A DNA stretch of 24,869 bases from an uncultured delta proteobacterium (lineage in GTDB: Bacteria; Desulfobacterota; Syntrophobacteria; BM002). The stretch is from the NCBI GenBank assembly GCA_963712115.1, contig CAVQGX010000041.1:1-24869 (forward strand). The letters run 5' to 3'. Below are positions 16,277 through 24,708 of the stretch, one piece after another. Every line of letters begins with the position of its first letter. Positions within the stretch are counted from its first letter, which is position 1. Under the pieces are notes generated by a model. That model did not search any database. It was not told the DNA's origin and worked only from the letters and a program-made list of their open reading frames with translations. The translations under genes were made by a program, and so were the position numbers.

Positions 16277-16340
16277 CCTATCTTATCTTGTTCCAACCTC
16301 TCGCCAAATCACTATACAAGTCGAATTAGGCCGAAACTGA

Positions 16341-16877
16341 TTAGAATAAATAACTTAGCTCGAGCACGTGAAGCTCCAAGCCTGGATTCCGATTATAGAT
16401 GCTCGCGTTGGACATGTGCTGGAACCGATAGCCCACACCCAGATTAGCACCGAGTTTGAAACTTATGCCCACATGACTAATAAATTGAATGGGCCCCCCA
16501 AAGTTTTCCCGGCCGAACTGATGCTCACTCAGAAGTGCAGCACTGATCCCACCGCTCAGCAAAATTAGACCGTGAACCATACTCAGTGCAATGCTCGGAC
16601 CGACCGAGCCAATGAAACCTGTTTCCCCTCCACCCCTGAGAGCACCGGCTGAGAGGTGAATCCTCGTACTCACAAACCAACCTGGAGTTAGTCCCCAACT
16701 CCATGGGAGCCCATAGGTCGCAAACACCTCATATTGCTCAAAGTCTTCATTGCTGTCTGTTGCAGAGAGACCCGCTCGAAAACCAACCGCGATCCAGTCG
16801 GTTTCCTCGGCGCGGCCCGCTTGGGGCGAAAAGATGCTCAGCAACAGTAGTATCAACCAGACAGTGTTAAATCGCAT
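16341..16877 (-). CDS. pagL: Lipid A 3-O-deacylase / acyloxyacyl hydrolase (PagL family)
   Basis: Signal peptide, beta-barrel pattern, catalytic YRFQHMSNA...NPGLE motif, C-terminal F. Confidence 0.88.
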   Translation of the reverse strand: MRFNTVWLILLLLSIFSPQAGRAEETDWIAVGFRAGLSATDSNEDFEQYEVFATYGLPWSWGLTPGWFVSTRIHLSAGALRGGGETGFIGSVGPSIALSMVHGLILLSGGISAALLSEHQFGRENFGGPIQFISHVGISFKLGANLGVGYRFQHMSNASIYNRNPGLELHVLELSYLF

Positions 16878-16882
16878 GGTGT

Positions 16883-17007
16883 CCCTGCGCCTTGCGCCCT
16901 AAGCCCTGTGCCTTTTTTACCGCTCGCTGCCCTAAGCCCTGTGCCTTTTTTACCGCTCACTGCTTACCGGTTTACTGCTTACTAAATTGTTCGCTTGGCC
17001 CGACCAC
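16883..17007 (+). repeat. Family-A spacer S7, with an internal 30-bp direct duplication
   Basis: Starts CCCTGCGCCT. GCCCTAAGCCCTGTGCCTTTTTTACCGCTC occurs at 16896-16925 and 16929-16958. Motif at 16979-17007. Confidence 0.9.
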
Positions 17008-17024
17008 GGTTCAAACGGCTCACA

Positions 17025-17327
17025 TTACTCTTCTGGGCAGCATTCTTCTAAGTGTTTTTCCAATCCTTGTGAATAATCTTCAAGCTTGGCTTTGGCCTCC
17101 TCGAGTTCTTCGATAATTTTGGAGAGTTCAAATTCTCTGGCCTCAACTTTGACCAACATCATCCCAAATGATTCGGCTAATTCTGCCAGCAGACTTGGAT
17201 ATCTGCCTTTCTTGGCAAGCTCAAATAATTTATCAGCATCTGATTTCTCATATCGACCAGCCGCAATCTTCTTACATGCAGAATTAAGCATCTCAAATAA
17301 ATCAAGATAATAACGTTCAAGATCCAT
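17025..17327 (-). CDS. Small HAMP-like/coiled-coil hypothetical protein
   Basis: KKIAAGRY...LAELAESFGMMLVKVEARE..L resembles a HAMP linker followed by a coiled coil. AAGGG RBS. Confidence 0.7.
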   Translation of the reverse strand: MDLERYYLDLFEMLNSACKKIAAGRYEKSDADKLFELAKKGRYPSLLAELAESFGMMLVKVEAREFELSKIIEELEEAKAKLEDYSQGLEKHLEECCPEE

Positions 17328-17408
17328 TTTGTTTTCCCTTCATATCAATGAGTCTGAGTAGAGAACGGCAAAAAAGAATCTGACCTCTTTTTGCCCCATT
17401 CCCTTTGT

Positions 17409-17880
17409 CTGTTTAGCCGGTTAACCAGTTGAGCCGGTTTAGCCTGTCTGCCACTCGCATCAAAAGAAGTCCGCGTTCCGACTTCCGCGTTTAAATGTCT
17501 CGCTAGTCTCGCAGGGCACTCCATGCCTATGCCCCATGCTAAATGACTTGGCCAGTAGTCAGTAGGCAGTAGCCAGTAGTTGAAAGGAACTCAATTTTGA
17601 TTGCTTTTCTCCTGAATTCTGGATTCTGACTCCTCTCTCCTTACGCTATGCGCTCTGCGCTCTGCGCTTTGCCTTCCCCAATCCGCAATCCGAAATCCGC
17701 AATCTACAATCTAAAATCTACAATCTGATCTCTGCCCTCTGACCTCTGACCTCTTTCTTCTTTCCCCGTCTCGCTAGTCTCGCCGGCTCACGCAGTGAGC
17801 TCCCTTGCGCCCTATGCGTTTCTTCCCGCTCACTCAGCTTACCGTTACCGCTTACTGAATTGATGGCTTGGCCCGACCAC
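17409..17880 (+). repeat. Family-A spacer S8 (longest mosaic)
   Basis: Starts CTGTTTAGCCGGT. Contains TTCCGAC, GTCTCGC, CTATGCC, CAGTAGN, ATTCTGN, TGCGCTC, AATCCGC and TCTGACC repeats. Motif at 17852-17880. Confidence 0.9.
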
Positions 17881-17909
17881 GGATCGACCTGCTCCGTTGA
17901 CAAATCAGA

Positions 17910-18842
17910 CTAAGAGTGAGTTGGTGAGACCCAGGACTCCTGCTGGAGAGGAGTGTGGCTTTTGACAAGCAGAATCAGCCGTTCTGCAATATCGTGCACA
18001 ATATCATCAGGCACACCATCAGGCGTCTTCGATTGCAGACGTAGATCGAGCACATCATTGACATAGTCTACAACCACGAAAAAACCATCAGGAGTTAACG
18101 AAATTTCAGTAGAGAATAAATCAAGCTTACAAAGCCTTGCAATAGAAACGACTGTTTCGTGCAAGCTTCCTAGACGGTAGCGGCTTTCTTCGGCGAAAGT
18201 GACTGGGGCATAGAAGCGTTTACGACTATCCCACCAGCAAGGATACACCTTTCCCCCGCAGTAGATAACGCGAAACCATGCCGGACGAAAGTCAAGCTGA
18301 GCTGAAACTACATGAGCTTGCAACAGGTATCTATCGCTGGGGTGATCCCGTCGGGCCGAGAGCACTTCACTGAGCGAGGTGGCTTTGTTGACCACTCCTT
18401 CGCCACCACCGCCGTGTGCGGGTTTGATAGTAAATCTATCACCCAGTGGGCTAAGATCAAGGGGTCCCAGCACTGGCTGTTGCTCATACGATGGGAGAAC
18501 GATGGTATATGGAGTGTGAAGGCAGAATCTCGTTAGGAGGTGATGCATTGTGGCTTTGTCCCAGGTACGAGTTGCGTGCTCATAAGGGTTGATCCGATAC
18601 ACAGCGTTATCGCGGGCCCACTGTACGATAGGCAGAACACGTGGATCGGCATCCGAAGCTCGGTCAAAGAATGCCCGGAAGCTAAGCCGATTATCGTTAA
18701 GAGCCCGCAAGTGTTGCATGAGGTTCTCAGGCGTAATCTGCATGAGTGATATACCGTGCGACCGACAGGCGCTGTCGAGCAGCGAAACAAAATCAGCGTC
18801 GTATTCCCAGTTCCATAAAAGGCAGAGATCGTAACCACTCAT
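17910..18842 (-). CDS. ATP-grasp-fold hypothetical protein
   Basis: RINP...WDKATMH, FTIKPAHGGGGEGV, YLLQAHV, LFSTEI, VVVDYVND. GAGGAG RBS. Confidence 0.7.
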   Translation of the reverse strand: MSGYDLCLLWNWEYDADFVSLLDSACRSHGISLMQITPENLMQHLRALNDNRLSFRAFFDRASDADPRVLPIVQWARDNAVYRINPYEHATRTWDKATMHHLLTRFCLHTPYTIVLPSYEQQPVLGPLDLSPLGDRFTIKPAHGGGGEGVVNKATSLSEVLSARRDHPSDRYLLQAHVVSAQLDFRPAWFRVIYCGGKVYPCWWDSRKRFYAPVTFAEESRYRLGSLHETVVSIARLCKLDLFSTEISLTPDGFFVVVDYVNDVLDLRLQSKTPDGVPDDIVHDIAERLILLVKSHTPLQQESWVSPTHS

Positions 18843-19339
18843 GGCTTTGATCTCCTCTTTCTCTGCCCTCTAACAGATTGCGGGGATATCGATCTCTCAC
18901 GCATGACGAGCTCTCTCATTTGGTGCCATCAACCCGCTCCAAAGATAGGAAACAGCCGAGCTTCACGGCCAGTGACCAACCAGGAACCACCCGGACTGTA
19001 CACGTTAGCACAAGATACTAAAGTCAGTCAAAATGGGTTTCATGTTGTATGTATTTCATCTTGTATGTTGATTTGTCAAAGCACTTGCCTATGACTTTAA
19101 GTGAGCCTAATTGTAATGCGGTGTACAAGCCGCTACCTCATCCCTAAATCTACAGTCTCAGTACCAGGGAACCTACCACAAGATGGACTGGCTGGTCAAA
19201 AGGTAGGCGAGTTAAGATTAAAGTAATGTTCAGTCAGGCCAAAAAATGGCGTTTAATTTGCACAAGATGCAAACAAAGACTTGCCCCAGTAACTACAGGG
19301 GCAGCTGGTGTTTAACCTTCTGCGAGGCTGTGAATCGTC

Positions 19340-20473
19340 ATGATAAACATACTTTTGTGGCTGGGAGCGGTACTCTGGATTCTCCTTTTTATTCAGTTAA
19401 TCGTAAATCGTGCCCTGGCACGAGATCTGTCCAGGACCAAACTCGAAGCGGTCAAGAACCCGCCATTTGTCTCCATCGTAGTTCCAGCACGCAACGAAGA
19501 AAGATCCATTCGAGAAGCGGTTGCCTCATTTTGCACACAAGACTACCCGCTCTTTGAGGTCCTGGTAGTGGACGACCGTTCCACGGACGCCACCCCCCAG
19601 ATTCTTGCAGAGCTCCGGACGCGCTTTTCAAACCTGAAAGTGATTGACGGACGAGATCCGCCCGATGGCTGGCTGGGAAAGCCTAATGCCCTCGAGATTG
19701 GCAGGAAAGAGGCGAAAGGTCAATGGCTACTCTTTGTGGATGCTGACGTGGTCTATGCCCCTGATCTTCTCGGCCGCGCTATTGCCCACGTCGTGCGCGA
19801 GGAGGCGGACATGCTCTTTCTTGCTCCCAACTTTACCACAAAAGGAGTCATGGAAGCGGTTCTCATGTCGACCATTTATCTTGTCGGTGCCGCAGCTTTT
19901 CCCGCTTATCTGGCAACTCATTCAAAGAGTAAACGTTTTGCAGGCGGTGGTGGGGTTTTCAATTTGGTGCGCAGGGATGCTTTGACTGCTTGCGGTGCCT
20001 TCGAGAGCATCAAAGACGCTGTGGTCGACGATGTAGCCTTGGGATACAAAGTGAAGGCTGCAGGCTGCAGGCTTGCGGGGGCCATGGCTGGATCACTTAT
20101 ACGTATCCGAATGTACCACAGTGCCTCAGAAACTGTTGAAGGCTTCACTAAGAACATTTATCCACTGGCGCGACAACTTCCCTGGCTTTTACCAATCCCC
20201 TTCGTGGGCGGTCTACTTCTTACTCTACTGCCATACTACAGCTTCTTTGATGGTTTGCTCGCTGGATTCATAAGTGTTCCGGCTGCGACATCGCTCATTT
20301 TCATGCACATGGTTCTTGGCTGCATCTCGCTTTTCTTTCAACAGCCCTGGTACATAGCTTTTTTGAACCCCTTGCGAGAGGTTGGCTGGTGGTGGATTAT
20401 GCTGCGGTCTCTAGTTGTTTATCATCGGAAGGGAATCGTCTGGCGAGGCAGGAGCTATAGGAACAAAAACTGA
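19340..20473 (+). CDS. Membrane GT2 glycosyltransferase (HpnB/CrtQ-like)
   Basis: VSIVVPARNEE, VVDDRSTDAT, GWLGKPNAL, LFVDADV, VVDDVALG, RMY, C-terminal WRGRSY; N- and C-terminal TM helices. Confidence 0.9.
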   Translation: MINILLWLGAVLWILLFIQLIVNRALARDLSRTKLEAVKNPPFVSIVVPARNEERSIREAVASFCTQDYPLFEVLVVDDRSTDATPQILAELRTRFSNLKVIDGRDPPDGWLGKPNALEIGRKEAKGQWLLFVDADVVYAPDLLGRAIAHVVREEADMLFLAPNFTTKGVMEAVLMSTIYLVGAAAFPAYLATHSKSKRFAGGGGVFNLVRRDALTACGAFESIKDAVVDDVALGYKVKAAGCRLAGAMAGSLIRIRMYHSASETVEGFTKNIYPLARQLPWLLPIPFVGGLLLTLLPYYSFFDGLLAGFISVPAATSLIFMHMVLGCISLFFQQPWYIAFLNPLREVGWWWIMLRSLVVYHRKGIVWRGRSYRNKN

Positions 20474-20492
20474 ACTGCATTAGCAAAAATAC

Positions 20493-20727
20493 AGTTATTA
20501 GTTATAAGTCATACGTTATTGGTCATACTTAATTCCACAATCCGCAATCTGCAATCTAAAATCCACAATTGCTCCATGCCCCTACCTCTTACAACAAATG
20601 ACAGCTTAGCGTAGTGACCTAATGACGGCGAAGCCAAGTGACATAAATAGCCTTGAGCCTTGCGCCCTAAGCCCTGTGCCTTTTTTACCGCTCACCGCTT
20701 ACTGAATTGTTCGCTTGGTCCCACCCC
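20493..20727 (+). repeat. Family-A spacer S9
   Basis: AGTTATT and AATCCGC heptamers, core module at 20589-20655, motif at 20699-20727. Confidence 0.9.
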
Positions 20728-21102
20728 ATTTCCAGTGGAAGCTTGACTCGCCAAACGTTCTTCGATGTCTTTTTTCCTCCCGATTCTGTAAGCGTCAACA
20801 ACCCCAATGATCCAGCAGACAATTATCAATAACAAGACGAGATTGAATGCGAAGCTCTCGGAAGTGGTGGATGCCTGGGTGGCTGCCTTCGAAATCGTAT
20901 TCATATCGATTGCACCACCTTCCGACTGAATCTTTTCGACGATGGCAAGGGCTTGTTGCGATGCTTTCACTACAATTACCGAGAGGCCCGCTAAGACTGC
21001 AAGCATGAAAGCAATACCCCGTTTATAATGTTTTAGAATGACCTGACCCAGGCCTGGAAATACAAGACCTGACAAAAGCGCTCCTTTTAATGAGTTATTC
21101 AT
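20692..21102 (-). CDS. Small membrane protein with LS..PGLGQ motif (DUF5683/TM2-like)
   Basis: ALLSGLVFPGLGQVILKHYKRG...WIIGVVDAYRIG. Start at MNNS after GGAAGG. The C-terminus reads into the repeat. Confidence 0.8.
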   Translation of the reverse strand: MNNSLKGALLSGLVFPGLGQVILKHYKRGIAFMLAVLAGLSVIVVKASQQALAIVEKIQSEGGAIDMNTISKAATQASTTSESFAFNLVLLLIIVCWIIGVVDAYRIGRKKDIEERLASQASTGNGVGPSEQFSKR

Positions 21103-21175
21103 TGTGCCCTTCCGGTCTGGTGAAATGATTTGTTCTGCGTCAATTTCCTGTCGTCTCAAATTGCTATGGTTCAGC

Positions 21176-21625
21176 CTATGGTAACTGCCGATTCTCTGAC
21201 ACTAAAAAAAAGGACTTCACCCTCGCAACTATTTGGTTTTCGGTTAATCTATCGGTGGTTTCGACTGCTGCAATCCTGTCTTTCTGGCCTTTTATTTTCT
21301 CAATTTCTTTTGCCAGTTCAAGTTTCGCCTCACCGGGGCCAAAGATGAAGATATTGTCGGCTTTGCCGGCCTCTTTAATTACCATCTGATAGAAGTTATG
21401 AAACTGGTGTTTGCGGCGTTCGTCCGCTTTTTGCTCTTTTGATACTGACTGAGCCACGGAAGTGCCAGCAGCCTTCCATCCGCCTGATGGACGAAAGTGG
21501 CTTTCGGCGTGTGACTCGATACGCTCAACCTTTGTTTGGCCGCCTTCTATTGAAACCAAAATTGCCTCCTTGTGATCGATCCAGATGCCAATCTTTTTCT
21601 TCATCATGTGCCCTAATTTTGCCAT
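21176..21625 (-). CDS. eRF1-domain-like / host-attachment (baeRF-like) protein
   Basis: IGIWIDHKEAILV...FHNFYQMVI...IFIFGPGEAKLEL...DRLTENQIVARV. AGGAGG RBS. Confidence 0.75.
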   Translation of the reverse strand: MAKLGHMMKKKIGIWIDHKEAILVSIEGGQTKVERIESHAESHFRPSGGWKAAGTSVAQSVSKEQKADERRKHQFHNFYQMVIKEAGKADNIFIFGPGEAKLELAKEIEKIKGQKDRIAAVETTDRLTENQIVARVKSFFLVSENRQLP

Positions 21626-21912
21626 ATTGCCTCCTTTATCCTGTCAATGGCTACTCAAATGTGATTTCCTTTAAGCAGCCGAATCATATTTCCAACCGGA
21701 AAAGCAACCTGATGGGGTGAATTTGCTGATTGTATTTTACCGCCTCTGATATACGCCACTTGCCGATGCATTCACTTTTCATGTCTGCTCATTTGTCGTG
21801 CTGTTATAACGATGTGGATCAGCCCAGGGCAAACCAGCGAAGCCTTTTACCCGTCGGTGCGGCATCCAGGGATTATACACCCGATTATACACCCATGGTG
21901 TAGATTTCGATA

Positions 21913-21963
21913 ACATCCCTTAGTTCACAGTATTCCCTCCTGAAATCTCAACACAAAATGTAG
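21913..21963 (-). repeat. Repeat family B, degenerate copy
   Basis: ACATCCCTTAGTTCAC...AATCTCAACACAAAATGTAG. The terminator hairpin is absent. Confidence 0.5.
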
Positions 21964-21971
21964 AGCACGTC

Positions 21972-22470
21972 GTGGTCGGGCCCATTTGCGTAAAACTAAA
22001 AAGTAAAAGAACGTCCTCCTTCATATATTTTTTTACCCATTTCTTACCCGGTAACAAATGGGTAAATTTACCCATTTTATACACGGTAAGTTTTGGGTAA
22101 ATTTTGTCTTGGAAATGTTCTGGTCAACGAGGAACTGATCAAGGAAGGTCTGGGGTGGGTCTACGTTCGCTATTGCACACTGCCTCTCTGCAGCGACAAG
22201 TGGAATGGTCTCGAACTTGAGGCGAGATCCGGGAAGCGAGGCCTCTGGAGAGACACAGGTGGGATTCCCCCCTGGGAATACAGAAGACAAAAGAAGCAGT
22301 GATTCGCGGCTGTCTATTTTTTTCATTCTCTTTCGCCTTTCGTCTCGCTCGACCTCACGTCTCGCTCGTCTCGCTGGCTCACGTAGTGAGCTCCCTTGCG
22401 CCTTGAGCCCTCTGCCTTGTGCCTTTCTTACTGCTCACCGCTTACTGAATTGTTCGCTCGGCCCGACCCC
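21972..22470 (+). repeat. Family-A unit S10: inverted end, nuclease remnant, mosaic and terminal motif
   Basis: GTGGTCGGGCCCA at 21972-21984; mosaic at ~22340-22441; motif at 22442-22470. Confidence 0.8.
22093..22302 (+). pseudogene. C-terminal remnant of a thermonuclease (SNase-like)
   Basis: VNEELIKEGLGWVYVRY...LELEARSGKRGLW...PPWEYRR is the typical thermonuclease C-terminus. The N-terminal catalytic half is missing and there is an in-frame stop just upstream. Confidence 0.8.
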
Positions 22471-22570
22471 ATTTCGAACATTTGACATGTACAACTTAAT
22501 AATACTTGTCTTTTCTTAATGTAGTAGGATAATAGCCTGGAGTCTCCAGATAGATTATGGGGGAAGTGAG

Positions 22571-22996
22571 ATGATGAGCTCGTCGAAAACCTTAAAAGTT
22601 CTTGCTTTAAGTTGTTTGCTGTTGTTGGTGGGATGCTCGCAGAAGCGCCCTGTCCTCTATCCCAATTACCATTTGCAACAGGTGGGAGATGAGACGGCTC
22701 AAACTGAAATCGACGAGTGTATAAGCTTTGCCAAAGAGCATGGTGCCTCTTCAAGTTCCAGCGGCAAGGTAGCAAAAAAGACTGCGGGAGGTGGGGCGGT
22801 TGGCGCTGCAGGCGGAGCTGCTACCGGGGCCGTGTTAGGTAGTGTCGGGCGCGGTGCAGCGGCAGGTGCTGCCGGTGGTGCCGCTGTAGGGTGTCTCCAG
22901 GGACTTTTCGGTTCACGTGAGCCAGACCCTGTATTTCGGCAATTTGTTGACAGATGTCTCCGCGAAAAGGGATACGAGCCCATTGGCTGGAAATGA
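22571..22996 (+). CDS. Glycine-zipper lipoprotein
   Basis: Lipobox LVGC, DIDEC-like EIDEC, GGGAVGAAGGAATGAVLG..GAAAGAAGG, FVDRCLREKGYEPIGW. Confidence 0.85.
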   Translation: MMSSSKTLKVLALSCLLLLVGCSQKRPVLYPNYHLQQVGDETAQTEIDECISFAKEHGASSSSSGKVAKKTAGGGAVGAAGGAATGAVLGSVGRGAAAGAAGGAAVGCLQGLFGSREPDPVFRQFVDRCLREKGYEPIGWK

Positions 22997-23064
22997 TTAC
23001 ACCTCATCCTGTTAGCTTCTTGATGCACAATCCCCAGCAACTGCATTCTTTTCCTGGCTACGTT

Positions 23065-23272
23065 GTGGTCGGGCCAAATTATTGTTCTGTTTAGCCGGTG
23101 AGCCAGTTTGGTCGGTTTAGCCCATGGCCATCAGCACAAAAGAATTCCACGTTACCCGTTCCGACTTCCGCGTTTAAATCCTCGTCTCGCCCGACCTCTC
23201 GTCTCGCCCGTCTCGCTGGAGCCTTCCGCCTACCGTTTACTGCTTACTGAATTGTTTGCTTGGCCCGACCGC
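23065..23272 (+). repeat. Family-A spacer S11, bounded by inverted ends (MITE-like)
   Basis: GTGGTCGGGCCAA (23065-23077) / TTGGCCCGACCGC (23260-23272), 12 of 13 bases complementary. Confidence 0.9.
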
Positions 23273-23397
23273 GCGCCTGACAGCCCTAGAATAAATGGTT
23301 TAGTTGACAGATCAGGTCAATTGAAGGGATTTTTTAGGAGGTAGGATGGAAACACTTTTGATTTTTGCAAGAGTCAAACGTAGACTTGACCCCTTTA

Positions 23398-24708
23398 CTA
23401 GATTGGCCGGACCCTGAAGCTTAATACACCCCAGAAGAACCCAGCTAGACCCGCAACCAGAGCTCCAAGATCCAGATAGGTGAAATAGAACTTGTTTGCA
23501 ATGCTAAGCCGCCTTTTCGGTACCCCGATCTTTGCGGGAACTGTACGGGGGATCCAGCCATATTCTCCTCGGCCTACCAACACTTTGTTCCACGTAATTT
23601 TCCGTTTCTTAGCAACGTCAGCAAGCAACAGAATCGTGCCTTTGGGAACCTTGAAAATCGCAGCTGAAGATTCGCTGGGTGCCCGGCGCAGGTTCACCTT
23701 CTCTTCAAGCACTTCGACGAAGAGATGATCCGACTGGTGCAGCGTTTTGTTCCAGTCAGGGCCGAGAACATAGTGAAGGTAATGTGCCGGCCCGTAAAAC
23801 AAGAGGAATCCGATGGCCAAGCCAAAACCACCCTTTAAAAGGCTGAGAACCAGATGGGGAATGATTTTTGTCCGAATAGCAAGAAACACCGCCACAAGGG
23901 TCAAAATCCCGAGGGCAGCCGGAATGGCAATGCGTGCGTCCAAGATAAGCTGAAGCCTTAGGGAAAGCAGGGCCAACGGCTCTTTGTCAGCCAGGAAGTA
24001 ACGCAGGTAATTGAGGAAGAGGAAATAGATTATACCGATGCTGGCGCAGGAGTATATCAGGAATTCAAGTTTCTGCCTTCTCACCACCTGCACAAAAACA
24101 TTCTGTTCAATTCCCTCAATCAGATCTGGGTATTCTCGCCATTGGCATTTATAGATTGCGATTTCGGTCTGTTTGCCTTTGAGAAGAAAGTTGCCCACCT
24201 TTTTCAGAGCAAAGTCCTCTTTTTGAAACAGTGATGCCATGCTGCTGGAGACGTAGATCTCATTCCCCTTGGCAAGACCTTTCACGCGAGCCGCCAGATT
24301 CACCGCATCTCCGAATATATCACCCCCCTCCACCAGGGCCTTGCCTGCATGAACACCAATACGCACCCTCAGTCTAAAGGCCACATCCTCATTTCGCCGC
24401 TTCTCCAAGATCTGTTGGATAGCTATGGAAGCCTTCAAAGCATTTCTAGGTGACCTGAAAGACGCCATAATGGAGTCACCAATGTGCTTCACAATTTTGC
24501 CCCGGTACCTTTTGATTACCGGAGAAATAAGCCGATTGTGCAGGTCTATCATCAGCCGACCATCAAGGTCCCCATACTCATCCCAATATGCCGTTGAGTC
24601 CTCCACATCGGTAAACAGAATGGTGACTGGTTTGCGTGACCGACGTATCTGTCGGGAAACGCTTCTGAAAAAACTCTCTCTATAAACGTTTGACACTGCA
24701 GTCCTCAA
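23398..24708 (-). CDS. Class III adenylate cyclase fused to TM helices and an SH3b-like domain
   Basis: TILFTDVEDST, VKHIGDSIMA, VRIGVHAG, DIFGDAVNLAARV (K/D residues suggest ATP specificity); several hydrophobic segments; VNLRRAPS..AIFKVPKG..WNKV..GWI. TTG start. Confidence 0.88.
   Translation of the reverse strand: MRTAVSNVYRESFFRSVSRQIRRSRKPVTILFTDVEDSTAYWDEYGDLDGRLMIDLHNRLISPVIKRYRGKIVKHIGDSIMASFRSPRNALKASIAIQQILEKRRNEDVAFRLRVRIGVHAGKALVEGGDIFGDAVNLAARVKGLAKGNEIYVSSSMASLFQKEDFALKKVGNFLLKGKQTEIAIYKCQWREYPDLIEGIEQNVFVQVVRRQKLEFLIYSCASIGIIYFLFLNYLRYFLADKEPLALLSLRLQLILDARIAIPAALGILTLVAVFLAIRTKIIPHLVLSLLKGGFGLAIGFLLFYGPAHYLHYVLGPDWNKTLHQSDHLFVEVLEEKVNLRRAPSESSAAIFKVPKGTILLLADVAKKRKITWNKVLVGRGEYGWIPRTVPAKIGVPKRRLSIANKFYFTYLDLGALVAGLAGFFWGVLSFRVRPI

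Noticed and set aside
21820-21870. CAGGGCAAACCA resembling the start of a c-di-GMP-I riboswitch
   Set aside because: The GNRA stem partner and the GACGCAAAGCC core are absent, and no gene follows in the right position.
21871-21894. Tandem GATTATACACCC x2
   Set aside because: A simple 12-bp duplication containing a minus-strand TATAAT. There is too little evidence for an iteron or operator.
6442-23272. 29-bp repeats as a CRISPR array
   Set aside because: Intervals are 0.4-5 kb and contain genes. There are no 30-40 bp spacers and no cas genes.
6176-23272. Family-A spacers as classical attC sites
   Set aside because: They lack paired RYYYAAC/GTTRRRY ends and the long hairpin with extrahelical bases. 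No IntI gene is in the window.
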